A program made the translations under genes and the position numbers. DNA of 64,000 bases from contig OZ250169.1 in NCBI GenBank assembly GCA_965237955.1, positions 4,576,001 to 4,640,000 on the forward strand, read 5' to 3'. The notes under the pieces are model-generated. The model worked only from the letters and a program-made list of their open reading frames with translations, had not been told where the DNA came from and did not search any database. Below are positions 10,087 to 20,166 of this stretch, one piece after another. The first letter of the stretch is position 1, and every line of letters begins with the position of its first letter. Source of the stretch: Candidatus Marinacidobacterales bacterium. GTDB lineage: Bacteria; Acidobacteriota; Vicinamibacteria; Marinacidobacterales; SMYC01.

Positions 10087-11080
10087 TCCAGCGTGTCCCG
10101 GTAGTTCACTCTAAGCTCACGGTTTATGTTTCGGATCCGGTCCGTGGGCCTCGAGTGGCTTCCGAAGAGGAAGGTCGACATCGTGTCTTGCTCGCCGTAC
10201 TTTTCGCGGAATTTCTTCCACAGCTCCGGGCCTTGGGATACGTCGAAGCCGGCTTCGTACGCGTAGCGAAGACCGACGCGGTCGGCTTGGTCTTCCATCT
10301 CGCGGCTGTAGCCGCTTTGCCATGCGGAGATTCCGAGCGAAGCGCCCAGCCCGGCGGCAGAGCGTCCCGCGCCACTATCGATTGCGCCCGCTCCGACCGC
10401 TCCAGCGACGCCCGCGATTTGACCCCACATGTTCTTCTTCATGCCACGCCGTGAGTGCTCGTGGGTGTAATGAGCGAGCTCGTGGCCGAGAATGATCGCG
10501 ATCTCGTCGTCGCTCATGTCGTTCACGAGACCGGTGTACACCCAAATCGCGCCGTTACCCATGGCCGATGCGTTCCACTGTTTCGTTTTGTTGAAGCTCC
10601 TTCCGCCATACGTCGAAGCCGACGACGTGCGGGTTCACGTCGTCGAAAGATGCCGCGGACGCGTTCGACCTCGGGGCCGCTGTCCAGGATGTCACCCACG
10701 CTTCGGCGCCGTCGGCCATCTTCCATGTACATCTCACCCGCGTCGACCCACATCTTCTCGATCCGGTTGGTCGCGCTCACGACTTCGGACTCGTACATGG
10801 CGCTGCCGTTCGGCTTGGCCTCGATTTTGGTGGCGCGCACCATGCCGCTTGGCTGGCGCCGGCCCTCGACTTTGACCTCATGGCCGAGCGGAATACTCGC
10901 GAGCGTGCGGATGCCGTCGCCTTTGAACCTCGTGTCGTTGAGCGCGTACACGCGCTGGCCTTCGACGACGAGGAGTCCGCCCTCGTTGTATTCCGCGTAT
11001 CCGTCGAGCTTGACCCTCGGACCGTCTTCCGCGGCCCCAAGGAATGTGACCAGGCTCAAGATGCAGATAGAACGCAGCAT
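10083..11080 (-). pseudogene. M48-family metallopeptidase with N-terminal DUF5666-like domain, broken by an internal inversion
   Basis: NASAMGNGAIWVYTG, ILGHELAH, YSREMEDQADRVG, SHSRPTDRI. The linker LLKLLPPYVEADDVRVHVVE lies on the opposite strand at 10588-10647. Confidence 0.85.
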
Positions 11081-11166
11081 GATCAATTTGGCGTCCTTCC
11101 CGGCGGCGATGTACCCATGATAGACAAAAACGCACGCGGACTCCAGAAAAGAGGTTAGCATGGAGT

Positions 11167-11382
11167 ATGGACGCTTTCGAACCCGCTGGCGTGAAACCCG
11201 AGATCTCGTACGACGAGCTCCCCGCGCCGGCTGAGCCCTCCCCCGACACCCTATCAGGGATGGCCACAGAGTCGCAGCGACCGCGCTTTTCGACACGTAC
11301 CGCGACGAGCTCGCCGCGTTCGAGCCAGACGGGCTTCAGTACTGGATCAAGGCCGTGGACGACTCGCTGCCGTGGCCTTGAG
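11167..11382 (+). pseudogene. Gene fragment(s) abutting IS3; start resembles a tRNA-binding (CsaA/Trbp-like) protein
   Basis: GGAG RBS then MDAFEPAGVKPEISYDEL. The similarity is lost after ~18 codons, and another frame ends ...YWIKAVDDSLPWP*. Confidence 0.3.
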
Positions 11383-11412
11383 TGAACCGCCCCGGGAATC
11401 CCGGAGACTGTT

Positions 11413-12647
<1,235 letters not shown>

Positions 12648-12697
12648 GACTCCATCCTCTCAAGAGTTGGAGTCTCCGGAAAAGCCGGGGCGGTTCA

Positions 12698-13976
12698 CAG
12701 ATACTGCTACCGATGATAGCTGGGATCGCGGCCACGAAGGCGGATCTGACGGAATGGGTGTACGAGCAAGGACTGACAGCTCTGCACCTACTGCTCAGAG
12801 AGGACGCCGAGGAGATCGCGGGGCTCAAGGGCAAGCACGAGAAGGAGCGAACTCATAACCACTGGGGGAGCACGAACGGAGAGCTGAGCTTCGGTGGTCG
12901 TCGCATCCAAGTGTCGCGACCTCGAGTTCGCTCGAAGTCGGGCGAGGAGGCGTCGCTTCCACACTTCGAAGCCTTCCGCGAAGAAGACCCGCTTCCAGAG
13001 CGAGTGTTGAATCAGATCTTGATGGGGGTATCGACCCGAAATTACGAATCGAGTCTGGACAAACCCGCGGCCAAGTTGAAGTCTCGTGGCACGAGTAAGA
13101 GTGCCGCCAGCCGTCACCTCGTGAGCCAGACGACTAAGAAGCTCGAGGAATACCTGTCTCGGCGGCTAGAGGAGTTCGAGCTTGCGGCACTGATGCTGGA
13201 TGGCCTTGAGGTGGCCGGACAGACCGTCGTCGTAACTCTCGGTATCACAATAGATGGAACGAAGGTGCCCCTGGGTATATGGCTGGGCTCGACGGAGAAC
13301 TCTCGGGTGTGCACCGCGATGTTGCAGGACCTTCTCGAGCGAGGCTTGCGCGTCGATGCGTCGATTCTCTGCGTAGTGGACGGAGGCAAAGGCATCCGCA
13401 AGGCACTCGTCGACGTTTTTGGGGACCTCGCGGTCATCCAAAGGTGCCAGATCCATAAACTCCGAAATCTTCGCTCGTACCTTCCCAAGTCTCGTCACGC
13501 CTACGTGCTCCAGACGATGAAGGAAGCCTACAAGTGCAAGAGTGCCGACAAGGCGCGCAAGCGACTTCAGGCATTGGTGTCGTGGCTCGAGCGAAACGGC
13601 TACGACGAAGCTGCCGGAAGCCTTCGTGAAGGGATGGAAGAGACACTCACGGTCGTGAAGCTCGCGCTGCCCGCCTTACTTCGCCAGTCTCTTGCCACGA
13701 CGAACGCCATTGAGAATCTCAACGGAACCATTCGCAGAGTATCGAGAAACGTCAAGCGTTGGAAGAGTCCTTCCATGGTTCGCCGATGGACCGCTCTTGG
13801 CGTCGTCACCGCGCAGAAAGAGTTCCGGCGTATCAAAGGCTATCGCCATATGGGCGCTCTCGTTCACGCGCTTAGAAGCAAACAGAAATCTCTTGACAGC
13901 GATGAGTTTGCTGCCTAAGAGTATTCACAGGTGCCGCCGCTACCCGACCAAATTCAACAGCGGCCGGGACATCCCC
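12698..13976 (+). mobile_element. IS256-family element, left end removed by the IS3
   Basis: The transposase frame is open right at the IS3 end. The right end TTCAACAGCGGCCGGGACATCCCC resembles the end of the second IS256 (TTCAACTATCTCAGGGGCATCTCC). Confidence 0.8.
12713..13918 (+). CDS. IS256-family (Mutator-like) transposase, N-terminally truncated
   Basis: GVSTR, LMLDG, VVDGGKG, QRCQIHK, TTNAIENLN. Confidence 0.9.
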   Translation: MIAGIAATKADLTEWVYEQGLTALHLLLREDAEEIAGLKGKHEKERTHNHWGSTNGELSFGGRRIQVSRPRVRSKSGEEASLPHFEAFREEDPLPERVLNQILMGVSTRNYESSLDKPAAKLKSRGTSKSAASRHLVSQTTKKLEEYLSRRLEEFELAALMLDGLEVAGQTVVVTLGITIDGTKVPLGIWLGSTENSRVCTAMLQDLLERGLRVDASILCVVDGGKGIRKALVDVFGDLAVIQRCQIHKLRNLRSYLPKSRHAYVLQTMKEAYKCKSADKARKRLQALVSWLERNGYDEAAGSLREGMEETLTVVKLALPALLRQSLATTNAIENLNGTIRRVSRNVKRWKSPSMVRRWTALGVVTAQKEFRRIKGYRHMGALVHALRSKQKSLDSDEFAA

Positions 13977-14002
13977 GAGAGTGCGAGTCTAACAGCTAGT
14001 AA

Positions 14003-14080
14003 TCAGCCTAGGGTGGCCGTTCGGCCTGAGAACAAACCCTCGGAACCTGATCCGGTTGATACCGGCGTAGGGAGTGGTAG
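14003..14080 (+). promoter_or_regulatory. TPP (thiamine pyrophosphate) riboswitch
   Basis: GGGTG-GCCgttcGGC-CTGAGA-..CCC..GAACCTGAT-CCGG-TTGATA-CCGG-CG-TA-GGGA matches the THI-box consensus. Confidence 0.88.
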
Positions 14081-14386
14081 CTCGTTCTTCCAGTACTTCG
14101 GAAGAACAGCAATCTCGAGCGAGGCGGTCATCTCGAACGCAAGGGAGACTGACGATGTTCGCTACGAGAATCCCCGCCCTCTCGCCCGCCTTGGTGGGTT
14201 GCGTCCGCAACGCCTTGATCCGGGAATGGATTGCTCTACAAGTATTGTGCATTGGAGTATCGGGTGTCCCTTCCATAAACTCGAGCTGTATGAGATTGGC
14301 GAACTTCCGGTGCTTCCGGCTGTTTCGGTTCAGCTGGAACATGACAGTCCTGAAGTTAAAATACGCACATGGAAAAAGGAGCTGTC

Positions 14387-14719
14387 ATGAGCAAAGGTCG
14401 TCGTCGTCACACTGCGGAGCAAAAGGCAGAGCTGTTGCGCCAGCACGTTGCCGAGAAAAAGCCGGTCTCGGAGGTATGCAACGAGGCAGAAATCCAGCCG
14501 AGCCTGTTCTACACATGGCAAAGGGAGCTATTGGCTGGAGCCCATACGGTGTTTTCGTTCCGTCGTGCGCCGAGCCGTGAGAAGGAGCTAGAGGAGAAGC
14601 TCTCCCGTCTCGAGGCGAAGGTGGCCCGTAAGGATCAGATCATCGCTGAGGTGACCGAAGAGTACGTGACACTCAAAAAAAACTTGGGGAAGCCTGAGTG
14701 GTGCCTGGATTCCCCATGA
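14387..14719 (+). CDS. IS3 transposase OrfA
   Basis: RRRHTAEQKAELLRQH HTH, coiled coil, A8 slippery tract at 14675-14682. Confidence 0.85.
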   Translation: MSKGRRRHTAEQKAELLRQHVAEKKPVSEVCNEAEIQPSLFYTWQRELLAGAHTVFSFRRAPSREKELEEKLSRLEAKVARKDQIIAEVTEEYVTLKKNLGKPEWCLDSP

Positions 14720-14744
14720 CCGTCGTGACGAGGTTGTCGACTTC

Positions 14745-15659
14745 GTGAACACAATCGCCACCAAGACCCAGCTTCCGGTCCAGCAGATCGTTCAGTGGTG
14801 CGGGATCGCTCGGGGCAAGTTCTACGACTGGCGCAAGCGGTACGGGAAGGTGAATGAGCACAACGGCCTGGTGCCGCGGGATCACTGGATCGAAGAATGG
14901 GAGCGCCAGTCCGTGATCGACTACTTCGACTGCCACCCACTGGACGGGTATCGCCGACTCACGTTCATGATGCTGGACGAAGACGTGGTGGCAGTTAGCC
15001 CCTCGACGACGTACCGGGTGTTGTCGAAGGCGGGTCGTCTGGACCGTTGGAACCCGAAGCCGTCGAAGAAGGGAACGGGCTTCGTTCAGCCGCTGCGAGC
15101 GCACCAGCACTGGCACACGGATATCTCGTACTTGAACCTGGGTGGGACGTTCTACTACCTCTGCTCGTTTCTGGATGGTGCGAGCCGCGCGGTGGTTCAC
15201 TGGGAGATTCGTGAGTCGATGACGGAAGCGGATGTGGAGTGCATCTTGGAGCGAGCAAAGGAGCGGTACCCCGATGCGCGGCCTCGAATCATCTCGGACA
15301 ACGGTCCGCAGTACATCGCGAAGGACTTCAAGGCATTCATCCGCATCTCAGGGATGACGCACGTGAGGACCGCGCCGTACTACCCGCAATCGAACGGGAA
15401 GATCGAGCGTTGGCACAAGACGATAAAATCGGACGCCCTGCGTCCTGCCAGCCCCACGAGCCTCGAAGAGGCTCGCCGCTTGATGGAACGATTCGTCGAA
15501 TATTACAACGGGGTTCGCCTGCACAGCGCGATCGGCTACATTGCGCCGCTGGACTTCATGGATGGCAAGGCCACCCAGATCTGGTCGGAGCGAGACCGCA
15601 AACTCGAGCAGGCTCGGAAGCTGCGGCGTGAGCGCCGTGCGAACAAGGTGCCCGCATGA
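14745..15659 (+). CDS. IS3 transposase OrfB (DDE)
   Basis: WHTDISY, IISDNGPQY, PQSNGKIERWH, RLHSAIGY. Confidence 0.9.
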   Translation: MNTIATKTQLPVQQIVQWCGIARGKFYDWRKRYGKVNEHNGLVPRDHWIEEWERQSVIDYFDCHPLDGYRRLTFMMLDEDVVAVSPSTTYRVLSKAGRLDRWNPKPSKKGTGFVQPLRAHQHWHTDISYLNLGGTFYYLCSFLDGASRAVVHWEIRESMTEADVECILERAKERYPDARPRIISDNGPQYIAKDFKAFIRISGMTHVRTAPYYPQSNGKIERWHKTIKSDALRPASPTSLEEARRLMERFVEYYNGVRLHSAIGYIAPLDFMDGKATQIWSERDRKLEQARKLRRERRANKVPA

Positions 15660-15940
15660 ACACTCTGATCCCAGGAGCCCCACTCCGTTCCCTCTCGCCC
15701 ACAAGCATTGAGTACCAGAGAGCGCAGGGGGCGTCAAGGGCGGCGAAGCCGGCGCGCGCAGCGCGCTTTACCCTTGACGCCCCCGAGCACTCTGGTACGA
15801 TCCCTGGGGCGATAGGGGACATCCTGCCGCCGGGCGTTGCGTTAACGTCCAACCTCGCTGTCATCTTCACGCTGAACCAATACATGCCCATTAAGTGTTG
15901 GTGAGATGACGCTAAGACTTTACGCTGCATTAAATTAAGT

Positions 15941-16045
15941 TAAATGACCCCCGGCAGAGCCGGGGGCTTATCTTTGTTAGCCCCTCAAAGGGGCAGGTTC
16001 ATGAGCCGCCTGAAGGCGGCTGAACCACTATTGGGCCTTCTTGGC
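15941..16045. mobile_element. Probable IS200/IS605-type end remnant (hairpin cluster)
   Basis: TAAATGA then CCCCCGGC-AGA-GCCGGGGG, GCCCCT-CAA-AGGGGC and AGCCGCCT-GA-AGGCGGCT hairpins; cut by IS21. Confidence 0.55.
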
Positions 16046-16050
16046 TGCGT

Positions 16051-16206
16051 ATTCCGGGGCATCGTGAACGCAGATTCCAGCCGAAGGTGAACATCCATTC
16101 CAAAGCATCGTGAACACGGATTCCGGGGATCGTGAACATCGATTCCGGGGAAGGTGAACACGGATTCCAGGCAACGTGAACGCCGGTTCCGGCATCGCGA
16201 ACGCTC
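16051..16206 (+). repeat. About seven tandem 22-23 bp IS21 transposase-binding repeats
   Basis: Units such as ATTCCGGGGATCGTGAACATCG and ATTCCGGGGAAGGTGAACACGG, without unique spacers. Confidence 0.85.
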
Positions 16207-16265
16207 ATCGATAGCACGTTTCAAGGCAACTCTAGGTCGTACCCGGAAGGAGGACGATCTAGGAA

Positions 16266-17822
16266 ATGGCAGCTAAGAGGTTATCGATGAGAAAAATACG
16301 AGAGGTTCTAAGGTTAAAGTACGAGCTGGGTTTTACTCACCGCATGATCGCAAAGGCACTTCGCGTGGCGGTTGGAACGGTGAGTGAGTACCTGGCCAAG
16401 GCGAAGAAGGGTGGTCTGAGCTGGCCGCTCCCGGAGGAGCTGAGCGACGGGGAGCTGGAGGCAGGGCTGTTTCCGCCGCCGGGCTCGTCTGGCGCACGGC
16501 CGGGTCTGGACTATGCCCACATCCACGAGGAGCTGAGGCGTCACCGAGAGCTGACGTTGCTGCAGCTGTGGGTGGAGTACGCGGAGAATAAGCCGGGAGC
16601 GTACGGCTACAGCCGTTATTGCGAGCTGTACGGTCAGTGGAAGAAGAAGCTGAACCCGACGATGCGTCAACGGCATCGAGCAGGCGAGAAGACATTCGTC
16701 GATTTTTCGGGGAAGAAGCCTCACATCGTCGATCCGAAAACGGGAGAGCTCGTCGAAATGGAGCTGTTCGTCGGGACGTTGGGCGCGAGCAGTTACACCT
16801 ACGTCGAAGCGACACTGAACCAGTCGCTGGAATCGTGGGCGAAGGCCCATAAGGGGATGTCGGATTACTTCGGTGGCAGTACGGAGATCTGGGTTCCGGA
16901 CAACTTGAAGAGCGGCGTGGATTTGGTGGACCGTTACGAGCCAGGGATCAACCGGACGTACGAAGAGCTGGCGACGCATTACGGTGCGGTTGTGGTCCCG
17001 GCTCGGGTGTTCAAGCCGAAAGACAAAGCGAAGGTGGAGTCGGCAGTGCAGGTGGCGCAGCGCTGGATCCTGGCGGTGCTTCGTCATCGCACGTTCTTCA
17101 GCCTGGCGGAACTGAACGAAGCCATCTGGGAGAAGTTAGAGGTCCTGAATGCGCGTCCGATGCAGAAGCTCGGTGTGAGTCGGCGGGAGTTGTACGAAAG
17201 GCTAGACCGGCCCGTACTGAAACCGCTACCGCAGGAGAGCTACGAGTTATCGACGTGGAAGCGGTGCAGAGTGAACATCGACTACCACGTGGAGGTGGAG
17301 AACAACTTGTACAGCGTTCCCTATCAGCTCATTCACGAGAAAGTCGAGGCACGGGTGACGGCCTCGGTGGTGGAGGTCCTGTTCAAGGGAAAGCGCGTCG
17401 CGTCGCATCCCCGCAAGAAAGGAAAGGGGCACTACTCCACGAACCCGGAGCATATGCCACGTTCGCATCGGGAGCACCTGGAGTGGACGCCGTCGCGGCT
17501 GCTCCACTGGGCGGAGCAGTCAGGTCGCGCCACGGGAAGGCTGGTTGCGGGGATTCTAGAGAGTCGGCCTCACCCGGAGCAGGGATTTCGCTCTTGCCTG
17601 GGAGTCATGCGACTAGGCAGCCGCTGGGGCAGTGAGCGTCTCGAGGCCGCTTGCGCACGAGCGGAAGCTTTGAGCTCTTACAGCTATCGCACGGTGAAAA
17701 ACATTCTCTCGGCTGGTCTGGATCGTGTGGTGCTCGAATCGGACGCCGAAGCGAAACCGCGAGAGGAGCACGAGAACATCCGAGGCGCGGATCACTACGA
17801 AGGAGGAGAGTCCCGATGCTGA
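16266..17822 (+). CDS. istA: IS21 transposase IstA
   Basis: N-terminal HTH, FVDFSG, VPDNLKS, KPKDKAKVE. Confidence 0.95.
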   Translation: MAAKRLSMRKIREVLRLKYELGFTHRMIAKALRVAVGTVSEYLAKAKKGGLSWPLPEELSDGELEAGLFPPPGSSGARPGLDYAHIHEELRRHRELTLLQLWVEYAENKPGAYGYSRYCELYGQWKKKLNPTMRQRHRAGEKTFVDFSGKKPHIVDPKTGELVEMELFVGTLGASSYTYVEATLNQSLESWAKAHKGMSDYFGGSTEIWVPDNLKSGVDLVDRYEPGINRTYEELATHYGAVVVPARVFKPKDKAKVESAVQVAQRWILAVLRHRTFFSLAELNEAIWEKLEVLNARPMQKLGVSRRELYERLDRPVLKPLPQESYELSTWKRCRVNIDYHVEVENNLYSVPYQLIHEKVEARVTASVVEVLFKGKRVASHPRKKGKGHYSTNPEHMPRSHREHLEWTPSRLLHWAEQSGRATGRLVAGILESRPHPEQGFRSCLGVMRLGSRWGSERLEAACARAEALSSYSYRTVKNILSAGLDRVVLESDAEAKPREEHENIRGADHYEGGESRC

Positions 17823-18574
17823 CACCCGAAACGATAGAAAAGATGAACGCCATGAAGTTGTTCGGCTTGGTGTCCGCGTTCGAAACCCAGTTGAGCTCGA
17901 GCGAATACAAGGAGCTGAGCTTCGAGGAACGTGTGGGACTCCTGGTCGATGCCGAGTGGACCGCCCGCGAACAGCGTAAGCTTTCTCGACGACTGCGAGC
18001 GGCAAAGCTCCGCTATCCGGCATGTTTGGAGAACGTGAACTTCCAAGCGCCTCGAGGCTTAAACCGCGAACAGATCTTGAGCCTGGGCAACTGCCGCTTT
18101 GTCGGTGAGCGCCATAACCTGCTCATCACCGGCCCGACGGGGATTGGCAAATCGTTCTTGGCTTGCGCCTTCGTGGAGCGGGCCTGTCGTCGCGGCTTCA
18201 CCGGATGCTACGTGCGAGCACCGCGCTTGCTCCACGAGCTCGCGGTCGCTCGTGGTGATGGTTCCTACGCCCGGCTTTTGACGAAACTCGCCAAGCTGGA
18301 CTTACTGGCTATCGATGATTGGCTGCTTCACCCGCTGAAAGAATCGGAGAGACGGGATCTAATGGAGGTCATCGAAGACCGCGCCGAGCGTGGCTCCACA
18401 CTCATCGCGACCCAGATTCCGCTCAAGCAGTGGCACGAAGCGATTGGCGACCCAAACCAGGCAGACGCTATCTGCGATCGCATTCTCCACAGCGCGCACC
18501 GCATCACTCTCAAAGGAGCTTCTCTGAGAAAGACCAAGGCTGCGCCAAAGGCATTTGACAACGCCGATGCATGA
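17816..18574 (+). CDS. istB: IS21 helper ATPase IstB
   Basis: GPTGIGKS, LLAIDDW, ADAICDRILH; overlaps the istA stop. Confidence 0.95.
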   Translation: MLTPETIEKMNAMKLFGLVSAFETQLSSSEYKELSFEERVGLLVDAEWTAREQRKLSRRLRAAKLRYPACLENVNFQAPRGLNREQILSLGNCRFVGERHNLLITGPTGIGKSFLACAFVERACRRGFTGCYVRAPRLLHELAVARGDGSYARLLTKLAKLDLLAIDDWLLHPLKESERRDLMEVIEDRAERGSTLIATQIPLKQWHEAIGDPNQADAICDRILHSAHRITLKGASLRKTKAAPKAFDNADA

Positions 18575-18988
18575 GCGAGCGAGGGACCACAGCGTCGATG
18601 CGATAAAAACGGGTGAAACCGCCAAACCCGGGGTACCAGACGATGCGGCGCCAAAACGACGCGCGAGAATGCCTCAGGAAGCGTCTTCTCGAGCCAGGCC
18701 ATACCCCAGCAACCCCCCGAAACCAGCCCCACATCGCCCGGGGTTCGGCCGCGGCAGGTCGCTGCCTACGGGAGCGGGAAGGTCGCTTCGCGTCTTTCCT
18801 TACGCCCGCTCCCTCCGGCACCGACCTGCCGCCCCTTGCTACACAACACGCAGGTAAGATAGGTTCACGTTTTCAATCAGTGGGAAGGAGGTCACCCAAC
18901 ACTTCATCGCTTCGATGAGCGTTCGGCTTCACCGGATTCGCTGTTCAGCTTGCTCTGGATTCGGCGTTCACGATGGCTGGAATACGCA

Positions 18989-20086
18989 CCCAGGCGAGAT
19001 CGAGCTCCGCGAATCCCCTGGTGTTCATCCTGACCGCCGCGGTAAGGCCCTTGACGTCGCTCAGCTCGCCGACAATGTAGCGAGCCTTTCGGGCCCACTC
19101 CGCCTCGAGGGCCTCGTGATCGAGCCGCTCGTAGCGGTTCAGAGCCACGATGAGGCCGATGATCTCCTCCTTACCGACCTTCATCCCGCGTCCGAGGTGG
19201 CTATTGGGTGAGGCCTGCATCAGCGCCGCTTCGATGAGATCCTTCCTGCCTGCGAGAATTCCTGTCGAACGATCGTCGGCGTGGAGACCCGGGAGCAGTT
19301 CAGGAATGCGGTGAACGACAAGACGGCAATGATTCACGTTCTGGCCCGGCAGGAGCATGTGCGAGCCGATGAGCCCGAGGTCATGAAGCCCCACGAATTT
19401 CTGGAGATCGGAAAGCGGGCCGGCGTTCCGGTTCTGATCGATGCCGCTTCCGAGCTTCCCCCCGCCGTCAATTTGACCCGCTACGGCGAGATGGGAGCGG
19501 ATCTGCTGGTGTTCAGTGGGGGAAAGGGGATTCGCGGGCCTCAATCCATGCCCGCAGCGCGATAGGCGCGGTCATAATCCAGACGGTGCGCGTTCTGGAT
19601 GAGGCATTCCACCTTCGGCCAGGCTGGGTGCGGTAGCGCTTCCATCTTCTCTTCGTCCGTCCCGGTGAGGCAGGCGGCGGCGCCGAGGATCATCGCGGAG
19701 AAGGCGCCGGAGGCGACCATTGCGGACTCGGTATGGACCACCTCGGCGATCCTCTTGCCGGCGGCCCGGTTGAGCTCGTGCATGTCCACGAAGTACCGGT
19801 TGGCTTCCGCGATGGCTTCAATGACCTCGGCCGGCATTCGAGAGCCTCCCATGGAGGTATGGTTGTCATGACAGGGCACATGCGGATAGACCCCCAGGAG
19901 CCGCGTGTAGATGTTGTCGCCGTTCAGGCGATTCACGAGCGGGGCCAAGTTGGTTGGCACAGAAGCTCGGTCGGACGGACGCGAGCAAGCGCCAAATAGT
20001 CCTCCCGCGAGCCCGGCGCCGAAGAACTGCCGTCGACTCCACTTCATGCTGGACGGCTTCGATAGGTGTCGCCTTGGATCTTTCAT
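18989..20086 (-). pseudogene. SelA-like / DgaE-like PLP-dependent enzyme with Tat signal; middle third inverted, C-terminus cut by IS21
   Basis: SRRQFF Tat motif and TSMGGS on -; LIDAASE and FSGGKGIRGPQ (PLP Lys) on + at 19269-19544; STGILAG and GRGMKVGKEEI back on -. Confidence 0.85.
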
Positions 20087-20166
20087 CTTGACCTCCAACA
20101 GGTTCCGCCTCCCCTTGTTCGAAAGGCGATATCAAGAAACACAACGGGCCAGAGCGGGTTGTAATC

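Larger units (their letters stand above)
14321..15884 (+). mobile_element. IS3-family element, 1564 bp
   Basis: IRL TGTTTCGGTTCAGCTGGAACATGACAG (14321-14347) and IRR CTGTCATCTTCACGCTGAACCAATACA (15858-15884), 22/27 match, TG..CA ends; no target duplication. Confidence 0.88.
16046..18988 (+). mobile_element. IS21-family element, 2943 bp
   Basis: Ends TGCGTATTCC...GGAATACGCA, subterminal GTGAAC repeats at both ends, istA-istB pair; no target duplication. Confidence 0.93.

Noticed and set aside
16051-16206. Regular 22-23 bp repeats containing GTGAAC, superficially CRISPR-like
   Set aside because: No 30-40 nt unique spacers and no cas genes. The repeats lie inside the IS21 end and are mirrored at its other end.
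18989-20086. Selenocysteine synthase (selA) assignment
   Set aside because: A Tat signal is present and there is no selB, selD or tRNA-Sec nearby; it fits the SelA-like/DgaE group instead.
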